In this document: positions 1 to 9,775 of the stretch, in pieces
How positions within the stretch are numbered: the stretch's first letter is position 1
Layout: every line of letters starts with the position of its first letter
From: Fumia sp.
Lineage (GTDB): Bacteria > Bacillota > Clostridia > Oscillospirales > Ruminococcaceae
Assembly: GCA_045615345.1 (NCBI GenBank)
Contig: JAZLER010000016.1
Span: 17,981 to 81,980 of the forward strand
Reading direction: 5' to 3'
DNA: 64,000 bases
Made by a program: the position numbers and the translations under genes
The notes under the pieces: generated by a model
What the model was told of the DNA's origin: nothing
The model's database searches: none
The model's input: the letters and a program-made list of their open reading frames with translations, nothing else

Positions 1-288
1 ATAGATAAAAACTTTAAAGATACTGAACTTTCTGTACCCCTCATCTGCAAAAATTCAGGAATTTGTGAAACGGCACTCAGAAACCTTTTTAATAAACATT
101 ATGGCAAAACGCCCACAGATTACATTAAAGAGCTTCGCATTGATTATGCAAAAAACCTTATATCAAGTGGTGTTTCCATTGAAGAAACCGCCATTCTATG
201 CGGTTTTAACGACTCAAAATATTTTGCAAGAGTTGTTAAAAAAACTTTGGGATGTACCCCGTCCGATTTAAAAAAATTCGGAAAATAA
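1..288 (+). CDS. AraC-family transcriptional regulator, C-terminal part (5' end outside window)
   Basis: Frame +1 reads ...ALRNLFNKHYGKTPTDYIKELRIDYAKNLI...SIEETAILCGFNDSKYFARVVKKTLGCTPS* = AraC double HTH; not in the ORF track. Confidence 0.9.
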   Translation: MDKNFKDTELSVPLICKNSGICETALRNLFNKHYGKTPTDYIKELRIDYAKNLISSGVSIEETAILCGFNDSKYFARVVKKTLGCTPSDLKKFGK

Positions 289-307
289 ATTTATAAATAC
301 TTTAACG

Positions 308-339
308 AAAAAGAGGAAACTTTAAAAGTTTCCTCTTTT
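308..339. terminator. Bidirectional intrinsic terminator
   Basis: aaaagaggaaact-ttaaa-agtttcctctttt hairpin between convergent AraC genes. Confidence 0.8.
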
Positions 340-1114
340 ATATTATCTTTGCATCTTTTACAAGGGAATTTCCCGTCTGGCGTTTGTAAAGTTTTAACAT
401 ATAACTTACATCACAAAAGCCTAACATTTCGGCAATTTCTTCTGTACTGTAATTATTCTGATAAAGGCGCTTTGCCTCCTCAAAACGAAGCTCGTTGCGA
501 TATTCAACAGGTGTTTTCCCGAAAAACTCCTTAAACTTTTTCCTGAAATAGCTTTCACTTAAGTTACACTTATCAGCATATTCTTTTATCGGCAGATTTT
601 CATTATAATGTTCTTTTATGAAAGTTATTGCCTCTTTTAAGAGTATATATTCCTCCGGGGTTTCGGTTTCAGCTAAAATGGAAAGAATTTTAAGCAAATT
701 GATTTTCATTTTCAAAAAATCCTTAGGAATTCTTTGGAACCCGTCACAGGCATTTTCAAAAAGTTTCTGTACAGCCTCGGGGTTAAACCCGTCAGATATA
801 TGATAAATCTGTAAATCCTTTTCATCACTGTAAATTTTTGCATTAAACCAGAGAGAATAGTTTTCACATCCGTCAAAAACCTTCATTTTGTAACGGGTAT
901 TATCAGGCATAAAAACTATATCATTTTTCTTTGCTGTAATTTTTTTGTCGTCCGCTTCGATTTCTATTTTTCCTTTTAATATAAAAAGGATAGCGTTAGT
1001 TTTTCTGGGGTGCACACTCGAATCCTCTTCCCAGTATATGTGCGATATTTTGTGAGCATGAAAATTCTGAACCTCAAAGTCAATACTGCTCAGTTTATAA
1101 AGTCCGGCAGAAAT
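338..1114 (-). CDS. AraC-family regulator with N-terminal cupin; probable ATT start at 1114 (ORF track start GTG 1015)
   Basis: LSESYFRKKFKEFFGKTPVEY...RFEEAKRL...EEIAEMLGF HTH; frame stays open upstream of 1015; SD AGGGGGAG lies 6 nt before in-frame ATT. Confidence 0.85.
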   Translation of the reverse strand: MSAGLYKLSSIDFEVQNFHAHKISHIYWEEDSSVHPRKTNAILFILKGKIEIEADDKKITAKKNDIVFMPDNTRYKMKVFDGCENYSLWFNAKIYSDEKDLQIYHISDGFNPEAVQKLFENACDGFQRIPKDFLKMKINLLKILSILAETETPEEYILLKEAITFIKEHYNENLPIKEYADKCNLSESYFRKKFKEFFGKTPVEYRNELRFEEAKRLYQNNYSTEEIAEMLGFCDVSYMLKLYKRQTGNSLVKDAKII

Positions 1115-1128
1115 ACGAATCTCCCCCT

Positions 1129-1893
1129 TTATTCAGCAATTATGATATTAACTCCCTGTTTATCAAACAAGGTTTTTTCTTTACTGCTCAATGCGCCTGT
1201 TGTCACAATACGGTCAGCTGAATTTATGTCGGCAATTTTCACAAAGGCGTTGCGGTGAAGTTTTGTCCGGTCAGCGGCAACAATAGTGACATCAGCACGC
1301 TCCATCATAGTTTTGTCGACACCTGCTTCTTCCCCGTAATAGGTAGAAAAACCATTCTCGACATCGATACCGTCAACCGACAGAATAAGTTTATCAACAT
1401 GGTATTTTTTAAGTTCTTCGATACTTTCGGTTCCGTAAGTAAACTGGTATTTGGCATTCACCTGACCGCCAACGAGCACCACATTGAAATTGGGATTTAC
1501 CGATGCCTCCAGAGCAACCGCTATTGAATTGGTAATAATCTTCAAAGGATAATTCTGCGGCAACTCGTGAAACACCATCAGGGTAGTAGTTCCCGCGTTC
1601 ATCATTATGGTATCATTGGGCTCAATCATCATTGAAATCTCTTTTGCTATCTTTGTTTTATCCAAATAGTTGGTTTCAAGACGCTGATTGAAATTCATAC
1701 TGTAGTAAGGTTTGTATGACAAAACAGCTCCCCCGTGAGTACGGGAAAGCAACCCTTTGTTTTCCATATCGGCAAGGTCATTTCTTATCGTTACTTCCGA
1801 AACCGAAAAGAGTTTCCTAAGCTCTGTAACCCTGACAGAACCATTTTCCGAAAGTAAATCAAGAATTTGTTGTTTTCTGTCGTCAGCTGTCAT
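1129..1893 (-). CDS. DeoR/GlpR-family transcriptional regulator
   Basis: VSEVTIRNDL...RTHGGA HTH, AGTT sugar-phosphate sensor motif; ATG at 1893 with GAGGTG SD. Confidence 0.95.
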   Translation of the reverse strand: MTADDRKQQILDLLSENGSVRVTELRKLFSVSEVTIRNDLADMENKGLLSRTHGGAVLSYKPYYSMNFNQRLETNYLDKTKIAKEISMMIEPNDTIMMNAGTTTLMVFHELPQNYPLKIITNSIAVALEASVNPNFNVVLVGGQVNAKYQFTYGTESIEELKKYHVDKLILSVDGIDVENGFSTYYGEEAGVDKTMMERADVTIVAADRTKLHRNAFVKIADINSADRIVTTGALSSKEKTLFDKQGVNIIIAE

Positions 1894-1921
1894 AACACAC
1901 CTCACAAATCATATCGATTTT

Positions 1922-2038
1922 ATTATAACACAAACGAAAACCTTAGTCAATTTATTTTCGTTTTGCTTTCGGTTTTTCAAAAAACGAAAATGAAAACAAA
2001 AAATAATTGTTGACTTTTTATATCAATTATTGTAAAAT
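1922..2038. promoter_or_regulatory. Divergent sigma-A promoters with repeated TTTCGTTT/AAACGAAA putative DeoR operators
   Basis: Minus: TTGACT-17-TATAAT (1950-1922); plus: TTGACT(2010)-17-TAAAAT(2033); several AAACGAAAA/TTTCG(T/G)TTT copies between them. Confidence 0.65.
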
Positions 2039-2075
2039 AAGAGGGTAAAACATTAGTAAAAAAAGGAGTGTATTT

Positions 2076-2777
2076 ATGTACAAGGATTTAAAAATCAAAC
2101 CTCCCTTTTTTGAGGTAGGTCCCAAGGCGTTTTTGTATGGTGAAAAAATGCTCGCCCTTGCAAAAGTTATTGATAAAACTGCTATGAAATACGATGTCGA
2201 TGTAATCGTTACACCGCAGTACACTGATATCAAGCTTTTGGCTGACAACACCGAAAGAATTTTAGTTTTCGCTCAGCATATGGATTATCTTCCTGTCGGC
2301 AGAGGTTTGGGAAGCGTTTTGCCCGAAGCGGTAAAAGCTGCAGGTGCTGTGGGTGTTATGCTCAACCACGCTGAAAAACCCATTACAATGGAAGAAATCG
2401 ACAAAACAATAAAACGCGCTGACGAAGTGGGACTCGGCACAATAGTTTGTGCAAACACTGTTGAGGATGTAAAAGCTATTGCGAAAATGTCCCCCAACCT
2501 TATCGTTGCAGAGCCGACAGACCTTATCGGTACAGGTCAGACAAGTGACAGTAACTATGTTATCGAAACCATCAAGACAGTAAGAGAGATAAACCCCGAC
2601 ATTATGGTGCTTCAGGGTGCAGGTATCTCGAACGGTCAGGATGTTTACAACACAATTAAACTCGGTGCTCAGGCTACAGGTTCCACAAGTGGCATCATCA
2701 AGGCAGATGACCCTTATGCAATGGTTGAAGAAATGCTTTTCAACTTGAGAAAAGCCTGGGACGAAATAAATGGGTAA
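2076..2777 (+). CDS. Triosephosphate-isomerase-family protein (short, archaeal-like clade); probably a non-glycolytic sugar-phosphate isomerase
   Basis: AQH, LNHAE, AEP..LIGTG, GAGIS motifs; 233 aa; N-x-K motif replaced by GPK. Confidence 0.85.
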   Translation: MYKDLKIKPPFFEVGPKAFLYGEKMLALAKVIDKTAMKYDVDVIVTPQYTDIKLLADNTERILVFAQHMDYLPVGRGLGSVLPEAVKAAGAVGVMLNHAEKPITMEEIDKTIKRADEVGLGTIVCANTVEDVKAIAKMSPNLIVAEPTDLIGTGQTSDSNYVIETIKTVREINPDIMVLQGAGISNGQDVYNTIKLGAQATGSTSGIIKADDPYAMVEEMLFNLRKAWDEING

Positions 2778-3375
2778 CGCTATGAAAAGTAAAGCTTTGG
2801 AAATGGCAAAGAAAGCATACATAACCGAAAGCGAATGCATTAAGGAAATGCTTGAACACTTCGATGAAGATGTTTTTGGGAAAGCCGTTGAACTTTTAAA
2901 AAATGCACCCAGAATCGGTACTTCCGGTTGTGGGCACAGTGGAATTATCTGTCAGCATTTTGCACATCTTTTGTGTTGTATTGAGCTTCCGGGAAGATTT
3001 ATCTCCCCTGCGGAAGCTGTACACGGCGGAACAGGTTTTCTGAAAAAGGATGATGTAATGGTTTTTGCTTCCCGTGGTGGCAAGACAAAAGAACTTCTTC
3101 CTATCCTGGATATCTGCAAAGCAAAAGGTGTCAAGGTAATCACAATTACCGAAAATATGGAGTCGCCCTTAGCACTTGGTGCTGATGTTGTGATAAAACA
3201 GTATGTAAATCGTGAAACAGATAAATATAACTGTCAGGGAACAACTTCCTCGACTTCCCTTGCAGTGATTTTCCATGTACTTCAGACGATGTTAATCGAG
3301 GAAACAGATTTCAAAAATGAGCAGTTTGCTCTGGTTCACCCCGGTGGAGCAGTTGGCGAAAGGCTTAATAAATAA
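2770..3375 (+). CDS. SIS-domain sugar-phosphate isomerase (KdsD/GutQ-like, no CBS domains)
   Basis: GCGHSG, EAVHGG.G, SRGGKTKE, TTSS, HPGG motifs. Confidence 0.85.
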   Translation: MGNAMKSKALEMAKKAYITESECIKEMLEHFDEDVFGKAVELLKNAPRIGTSGCGHSGIICQHFAHLLCCIELPGRFISPAEAVHGGTGFLKKDDVMVFASRGGKTKELLPILDICKAKGVKVITITENMESPLALGADVVIKQYVNRETDKYNCQGTTSSTSLAVIFHVLQTMLIEETDFKNEQFALVHPGGAVGERLNK

Positions 3376-3395
3376 AATTATTGGAGGAAAATAAA

Positions 3396-4016
3396 ATGGA
3401 ATTTAAGTTTTTTCAGAAAGAGTTAGAATTGCAGTCAAGAGGTTGGATCCCCACTTTCCACGATATTTCTAAGGAAATTATCGAAATCGTTGAGGCTTCC
3501 GGCGTTAAAAATGGTACAGTTACTATCGCTTCTCACCATACAACATGTTCTGTTATGGTTCAGGAATGCTCTCACGACATTGATTCCTTCGACCTTGAAT
3601 ACTTACAGCACGACCTTTTAGACATTATGAGAAAGATGATCCCTGACTATGTAAACGAAGGCGACTACCGTCACCCCGGACCCATCCACTCCAAATTCGG
3701 AAGATACGTAAACGAGCCCGGTGACTTTACTTCTATGAACACTGATGGTCACTTGCGTTCTGTATTCTTTGGCAGAAGCGAAACAATGACAATCAAAGAC
3801 GGCAAACTTGACGGTGGTGAATTCGCTCATGTTTACTTTGTTGACTGGGACCATGTAAGAGCACGCCGCAGACAGGTAAATGTTACAGTTATGGGTATCG
3901 GCGAAGCTGAAATCGACAGAAAATGGAATAACGGCGAAGTTATCAACACTTTGCGTAAATTCACTGACGAAGAAAAAGCTTACGATGTTCACTACGATTT
4001 GCAGCAGAAAAGATAA
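3396..4016 (+). CDS. YjbQ/UPF0047-family protein
   Basis: HTTCS..QE, Y.H, DGHLRS..G.S, DWD..R.R.V pattern; GGAGG SD. Confidence 0.8.
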   Translation: MEFKFFQKELELQSRGWIPTFHDISKEIIEIVEASGVKNGTVTIASHHTTCSVMVQECSHDIDSFDLEYLQHDLLDIMRKMIPDYVNEGDYRHPGPIHSKFGRYVNEPGDFTSMNTDGHLRSVFFGRSETMTIKDGKLDGGEFAHVYFVDWDHVRARRRQVNVTVMGIGEAEIDRKWNNGEVINTLRKFTDEEKAYDVHYDLQQKR

Positions 4017-4031
4017 ACTGGAGGTTTTAAT

Positions 4032-4910
4032 ATGAAACCAGGATTTGTACCCGCTCTCGGTACTCCTTTGGATGAAAATGGTAACCTTCTTGTCGATAGC
4101 TTTAAAAAGCAGATAAACGACCAGATTGATGCAGGTGCTGTGGGACTTTTAGCGCTCGGCAGTATGGGTAACGAAGCTTTCATTAAAAACTCCGTTTACC
4201 CCGACGTTGTAAAAGCAGCAGTTGAAGCCAACAATAAAAGAGTTCCCCTGTTCGTAGGTGCTATGGATACTTCCATCAGCCGTGTTAAGGACAGACTTTC
4301 CGATATTGAGGATTTGGACTTTGACGGCGTTGTTATTATGGCGCCCTTTTACGCTCCCACTACTCCCGCTATGATGATGAACTTCTTTAAAGGCGTTGCC
4401 GCGTCCACAAAGCACGACGTACTCGTTTACGACCTGCCCGTTGTGTGCCAGGCTAAAATCACCTACGATATGGTGCTTGAGCTTATAAAGACTGTTCCGA
4501 ATTTCAAAGGTATCAAATCTGCAGATACTCAGATGTTCAGAAAGCTTAAACTCAACCCCGACGTTCCAAAAGATTTCATTATGGTGTACTCGGGACTTGA
4601 CACTTTTGATGTAGCTTACAAATGGGGCATTGACAACTGTCTTGACGGTATGCTCTCCTGCACACCGAAAAACACAGGCGATATGTTCAAAGCTATGGCA
4701 AATGGTGACTATGAAAAGGCGGCAGAATGCCTTAACAACATAGTTGGTCTGAGAGATTTATTCGTTGCAAATAACCTCTGGCCCTCATTTACCTACGCTA
4801 TGAACTTGCTCGGTTGTGAAGGTAACTTCGCACCCGACTATGTGGATTTGGTTACAGAAACTGCAAAAGCAAACGTAACCGCCGAAATGAAACGAATCGG
4901 AGAGATTTAG
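4032..4910 (+). CDS. DapA/N-acetylneuraminate-lyase-family class I aldolase
   Basis: TPLDENG, LGSMGNE, VYDLP (Tyr), GIKS (Schiff-base Lys). Confidence 0.9.
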   Translation: MKPGFVPALGTPLDENGNLLVDSFKKQINDQIDAGAVGLLALGSMGNEAFIKNSVYPDVVKAAVEANNKRVPLFVGAMDTSISRVKDRLSDIEDLDFDGVVIMAPFYAPTTPAMMMNFFKGVAASTKHDVLVYDLPVVCQAKITYDMVLELIKTVPNFKGIKSADTQMFRKLKLNPDVPKDFIMVYSGLDTFDVAYKWGIDNCLDGMLSCTPKNTGDMFKAMANGDYEKAAECLNNIVGLRDLFVANNLWPSFTYAMNLLGCEGNFAPDYVDLVTETAKANVTAEMKRIGEI

Positions 4911-4911
4911 T

Positions 4912-6336
4912 ATGAGTATATATCTCGCTGTCGACTTAGGCACAACGGGATGCAGAAGCATTCTGTTTGATAAAACCGATATAATTGCTTCCCATTATGA
5001 AGAGTATCCTTTAATCACCCTGAGCGAAGGATGGGTGGAACAGGACGCAAACCTCTGGTGGGAGCTGACCCTTAAAACAACTCTGAAAGCTATCGAAAAG
5101 TCAAAAATTTCCGCAAAGGAAATTGATGCAGTTTCGATAAGTTCTCAGGGTATTACAGTTGTGCCTGTCGATAAAGATATAAATCCCCTTTGCAATGCAC
5201 TTACATGGCTTGATACCAGAGCTGAGGCTGAAACTTTGAAAATCAAAGAAGATTTTGGTGAGAATAAGGTTTTCTCGTTGACGGGAAAACCTGTTCTTGC
5301 TGCTTATACCTTGCCAAAGCTTTTGTGGCTTAAGGAAAATAAGGCTGAAATTTTTGAGAAAGCTTATAAATTCCTTATGCCTCTTGATTTCCTCATTGCA
5401 AAATTTACAGGTGTATGTGTTACCGATTACAGTATGGCATCGGGAACACTTATGTACGACCTTAAAAACTTTTGCTGGAGCGAGGAAATTTTAAACCGAT
5501 ACGGCATCGATAAAGAAAAACTGCCAGACCTTTCCTTTGCAGGAGAAAAGGTTGGCGTGGTTTTACCTTCCGTTGCCCGGAAATTAGGTCTTAAAGAAAC
5601 CTGTGTTGTTTCTGTCGGTGCACAGGACCAGAAATGTGCAGCCTTTGGTGTCGGACTTAAAAACAATATTATGACTGTGTCTTTAGGTACTGCCGCCGCT
5701 ATTACAAAATACTGGGACAAAGCTTATACCGATGAAAACCGTGGTGTAGGCTGGTGTGGGTACACAGGAAACAACTTTGTAACCGAAGGTGTTATAAACA
5801 CTGCAGGTACCTCACTCAGATGGGTGAGAGATACATTTTTTAAAGACGAAGACTACGATGTAATTGACAAAGAAGCAAGTGATGCTTTAAACAGAGGCTC
5901 TTCTTTACTTTTTTATCCTTTCCTTGCAGGTGGTTCTTCTCCTTGTTACTATCCCGAAAGTACGGGTAATTACTATGGTGTTACCCTCGCAACTACAAGA
6001 GGAGATTTCGCCCTTGCAACTATGGAAGGAATTGCGTTTCAAATAAAAATCATTCTTGAAGCGATGGATGCTTACAAGAATGTCGATACTGTTATTCTTT
6101 TTGGCGGTGGAGCTAAAAGTGATTTCTGGGCACAGCTTATTGCCGATATCACAGGGCTTGAAATTCATATCCCCAAAAGCTCTGAGGCAGCAAGCTATGG
6201 TGCTGCAATGCTTGCCGCAAAAGCTGTTGGAGTTACTTTAAAACCTTTCAAAATAAAGAAAATTTACCACCCTGAAAGAGATTACAGTAAAAAATATTCA
6301 GATTACCGGAAGATTGAGAAAAAATTATGGAGTTAA
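4912..6336 (+). CDS. FGGY-family carbohydrate kinase
   Basis: DLGTT, EQD, WLDTRA, D.SMASGT, GAQDQ, GGGAKS. Confidence 0.95.
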   Translation: MSIYLAVDLGTTGCRSILFDKTDIIASHYEEYPLITLSEGWVEQDANLWWELTLKTTLKAIEKSKISAKEIDAVSISSQGITVVPVDKDINPLCNALTWLDTRAEAETLKIKEDFGENKVFSLTGKPVLAAYTLPKLLWLKENKAEIFEKAYKFLMPLDFLIAKFTGVCVTDYSMASGTLMYDLKNFCWSEEILNRYGIDKEKLPDLSFAGEKVGVVLPSVARKLGLKETCVVSVGAQDQKCAAFGVGLKNNIMTVSLGTAAAITKYWDKAYTDENRGVGWCGYTGNNFVTEGVINTAGTSLRWVRDTFFKDEDYDVIDKEASDALNRGSSLLFYPFLAGGSSPCYYPESTGNYYGVTLATTRGDFALATMEGIAFQIKIILEAMDAYKNVDTVILFGGGAKSDFWAQLIADITGLEIHIPKSSEAASYGAAMLAAKAVGVTLKPFKIKKIYHPERDYSKKYSDYRKIEKKLWS

Positions 6337-6340
6337 TACA

Positions 6341-7471
6341 ATGTTAGCTATTATTAATGCCAGAATTATTCTGGAAGACAGAATAATTGAGAACGGTACT
6401 TTGCTCATCGAAAACGGGAAGATTTCCGCTTTCGGGGATAATATTGTAGTTCCCAAAAAGGCAAAACTTTTAGATGCAAAAGGTCATCTTGTGGGCCCCG
6501 GCTTTGTTGACATTCACTGTCATGGTGGAAATGGTGCACGATTTGACAAAGAACCCTTAAAAGCCGCTGAACACTTCCTTAAAAACGGCACTACAACCAT
6601 CCTTGCCACACTCTATTACGATATTACACCCTATGAGTATATCGTGCTCATAAACAAAGTAACTTCTTATCTAAAGGAAGGTAAAGCCAGAAATATCGGT
6701 GGTTTTTATATGGAAGGTCCGTATACAAATGAAAAATACGGTGCCTGCCCTGAAAATAACCGCTGGCGTGGTGAAATAAAACCCGAAGATTATAAAGATG
6801 TCATTGAACATGGCGGCAAATATGTAAAAGTATGGGCTTTTGCCCCTGAACGAGAAGGCGTTGACCCCTTTATCAGAAAAGCAAAGGAAGTAAACCCTGA
6901 TGTCGTTTTAAGTGTAGCTCACAGTGAAGCCACACCCGAACAGATTAAAAAGTACGATATCACGCTTCTCACACATTGTACCAATGCAACGGGAAGAACT
7001 CCCGTTCCTGCAGGTACAAGAGGATGCGGCCCCGATGAAGCATGTTTTTTAGACGATAATATGTATGCAGAGGTTATCTGCGACTCGGAAGGAATTCATG
7101 TAAACCCCGATATGTTAAAGCTTATCCTTAAAATCAAGGGTAAGGACAAGGTTATACTTATTTCCGACTGTTTTGTAAGCGATGAGCCTTCCCCACCCGA
7201 ATTTTCACATATTGAAGATTTGAACTTTGATGCGAATGGTAACCTTTGCGGAAGTAATCTTTCGCTGAACATAGCTTGTCGGAATATGATGAAGCATACA
7301 GGCGCTTCTGTAAACGATGTCTTTTTAATGGCATCAAGAAACCCTGCACGAGTTATCGGTATGGATAACGAAATTGGTACAATTGAAACTGATAAAAAGG
7401 CAAATATTGTTATTGTTAATGATAATTTTGATGTTAAAAATGTCATTTTAGAAGGTGAAATAATATGTTAA
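6341..7471 (+). CDS. NagA-like N-acetylhexosamine-phosphate deacetylase (amidohydrolase)
   Basis: PGFVDIHCHGG, EGPY, APE, AHS, THC.NA, ISD, NPAR. Confidence 0.85.
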   Translation: MLAIINARIILEDRIIENGTLLIENGKISAFGDNIVVPKKAKLLDAKGHLVGPGFVDIHCHGGNGARFDKEPLKAAEHFLKNGTTTILATLYYDITPYEYIVLINKVTSYLKEGKARNIGGFYMEGPYTNEKYGACPENNRWRGEIKPEDYKDVIEHGGKYVKVWAFAPEREGVDPFIRKAKEVNPDVVLSVAHSEATPEQIKKYDITLLTHCTNATGRTPVPAGTRGCGPDEACFLDDNMYAEVICDSEGIHVNPDMLKLILKIKGKDKVILISDCFVSDEPSPPEFSHIEDLNFDANGNLCGSNLSLNIACRNMMKHTGASVNDVFLMASRNPARVIGMDNEIGTIETDKKANIVIVNDNFDVKNVILEGEIIC

Positions 7472-8790
7472 AAGCAGGAATGACCCGTGGTGATATCACA
7501 CCGCCAAAAGGCCTTGAGCTTGCAGGTTATCCCCATTACCCGAGAAACAACGAGGGCTTCCACGATCCCCTTTATGCCGCTTGTATGTATCTTAACAACG
7601 GCAAAGAAGAAGTAGCATTCGTAACACTCGACTTGCTCTTTTTCTCCAAAAAGCACGTGGCAAAGGCAAGAGAACTCGCACTTAAAAAATGCGGTATCAA
7701 AAATGTGATGATAAGCTGTTCTCACACCCACTCAGGTCCCTGGGCGGCAGGCAGACTTGATATCGAAAGCCTTGAAGCAGGCAAAGAACAACCCCACGAA
7801 TATGTTGAAAGTGTCATAAACACAATAGTAAATCTTATTACTGACGCTAAGGAAAACTCCTTTGATGCTGAGTTTACCTGCGGTACAGCTATCTGCGGTG
7901 CCGAGTCAGGAATAGGTGGCAACCGCCGTATCCCCGGTGGTCCCCACGACCCGCTTGTAAGCGTTATGGCAATAAGAGATAAGGATGCAGTTCGCGGAAT
8001 TATGGTAAACTACACCCTCCACCCCACTTTCATTCACGAGTGGAGCAACGTTTGTACCGCAGACTACCCCTGCTACCTTAAAATACAGCTTGAGGAGATG
8101 GAACCCAATGCTCTCACAGGCTTTGCACAGGGTGCCTCAGGCAATCAGTCAAGCCGTTATTACCGTCAGGGCGAAAGCTATGACGAAGCAGAACGTGTCG
8201 GCAGAACTTTAGGTAAAGCCGCCCACACTGTAATCGAAAAAGCTACCTGGACTTCCGATTTGCCGATTTCTGTTGCATCTGATACAATTGAGCTTGAGCT
8301 TCGTGACTTCGGTACCGAAGAAGACCTTGTCAAACAGGTTGAACACGATGAAAAGATTTATAAAGAGCTTTATGCAAAATACGGTAATTCCGACAACCGT
8401 GAGGAATACTACCTCTGGCAGAACGCTAACCTTAAGCTTTTAGGTTCAGAAGACCAGCTTGGCTATGTGAGAATGCAGAAAAAAGGCATCAACATCGAGC
8501 TTTTAAGTGACGAAGCCCCCGCCGAAATTCAGGTCATCCGCTTAGGCGACACCCTCGTTTTGGGACTTCAGGGTGAGATTTTTGTTGAGTACGCCCTCTA
8601 CATAAAAGCGGTTGCAGGTTTTAAAACCGTTATTATAAACGAACTTGCAAACGGTTGCCTCCCCGGTTACCTCTACACCCCCGAATCACTCGTTACGGGC
8701 GGTTACGAAACCGATACTTCGATGCTCGGTGAAAACTTTGGTACCCACCTTATAGAAAAAGTTTTAGAAACAATTAAAAAAGTAAAGTGA
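7465..8790 (+). CDS. Neutral/alkaline-ceramidase-like hydrolase of unknown function
   Basis: DITP..G..LAGY, HDPLYA, SHTHSGP, NY..HP, ADYP, QGASGN, GEIF, GYE. Confidence 0.75.
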   Translation: MLKAGMTRGDITPPKGLELAGYPHYPRNNEGFHDPLYAACMYLNNGKEEVAFVTLDLLFFSKKHVAKARELALKKCGIKNVMISCSHTHSGPWAAGRLDIESLEAGKEQPHEYVESVINTIVNLITDAKENSFDAEFTCGTAICGAESGIGGNRRIPGGPHDPLVSVMAIRDKDAVRGIMVNYTLHPTFIHEWSNVCTADYPCYLKIQLEEMEPNALTGFAQGASGNQSSRYYRQGESYDEAERVGRTLGKAAHTVIEKATWTSDLPISVASDTIELELRDFGTEEDLVKQVEHDEKIYKELYAKYGNSDNREEYYLWQNANLKLLGSEDQLGYVRMQKKGINIELLSDEAPAEIQVIRLGDTLVLGLQGEIFVEYALYIKAVAGFKTVIINELANGCLPGYLYTPESLVTGGYETDTSMLGENFGTHLIEKVLETIKKVK

Positions 8791-8800
8791 GGATAAAGCT

Positions 8801-9763
8801 ATGATTTTCGGAAAAGACGATTTTACCTTTAAACCCGCAGATTTCTACCCCTTCAAGGATATTGAGGATATTAACCGTGTCCGCAACATCACAAAAGAAG
8901 ACATTGTGGCATTAAACGGCAAACACCCCACCTCCCCTTCAATGTCAGTAAACGTTGTAAGAAACGATGAGTTTGAAATTTTAATGATTACCGATATGGT
9001 AAAACGTATCATTGACTCCGACCGCCTTGATAAAAAATGCGTAATGATTATGTGTAACCCCTGCCCCACCTACCGCAAAGTTGCATATATGCTTAAAGAA
9101 TTAGGTGTCAACTGCCGTAACGTTAAGTTTTATATGATGGACGAATGGGCAGATGATGAAGGTAATGTTGCTCCCCTTTCTTATAAAGCAGGTTTTGGTA
9201 ACGCTTTCTACCGCTTTATGGTTTCAAACATTTTAGACCTCGGCTTTAAGGAAGAAAACTTCATCTACCACAGCAACAAGGTTACTCCCGATTTTTCAAA
9301 GATGCTTGAAGCTGACGGAGAAGCCGATATCGTTTACTCGGGTCCCGGCTGGCCTGCACACCTTGCCTTTATTGACCCTGTTGACGACTGGTTCAAGCCC
9401 ACTATGGAAGAATATCTTGAGCAGGGCGCTAAAGTTGCAAAACTTCATCCTCTGACCATTGCACAGAACTCACTGCATGGTTGTTTCGGTTGCTCGGGCG
9501 ATATCTCAAAAGTACCCCCGATGGGTGCTATGATGGGTCCGAGGGACGCTATGAAAGCAAAAGAAGTTTTCGATATGCACGGCATTACTACTGCAGGCAC
9601 TCATGTAACCTGGCAAAGACTTTCTTCCCGTCTTTCTATCTTCGGCAAACCCACTCAGGATGTTCCTGCTTCTATATTGCAGCTTCGTGACAAGCCCACA
9701 CATGTATATATGAGTGAAAACTTAGCTTCCACCATCAAAGATGACGACTTCTTCCAATATTAA
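8801..9763 (+). CDS. Divergent NagB-like glucosamine-6-phosphate deaminase/isomerase
   Basis: MDEW, GPGWPAHLAFIDP (cf. GxGxxGHIAFNEP), QNS, VPASILQ. Confidence 0.7.
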   Translation: MIFGKDDFTFKPADFYPFKDIEDINRVRNITKEDIVALNGKHPTSPSMSVNVVRNDEFEILMITDMVKRIIDSDRLDKKCVMIMCNPCPTYRKVAYMLKELGVNCRNVKFYMMDEWADDEGNVAPLSYKAGFGNAFYRFMVSNILDLGFKEENFIYHSNKVTPDFSKMLEADGEADIVYSGPGWPAHLAFIDPVDDWFKPTMEEYLEQGAKVAKLHPLTIAQNSLHGCFGCSGDISKVPPMGAMMGPRDAMKAKEVFDMHGITTAGTHVTWQRLSSRLSIFGKPTQDVPASILQLRDKPTHVYMSENLASTIKDDDFFQY

Positions 9764-9775
9764 GGCGGTATACCT

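Noticed and set aside
65-271. 68-aa ORF in the track
   Set aside because: Out-of-frame overlap with the real AraC C-terminus in frame +1 (1-288).
2076-2777. Calling the TIM-family gene housekeeping tpiA
   Set aside because: Short divergent clade, altered N-terminal motif, and located in a catabolic operon rather than with gap/pgk/eno.
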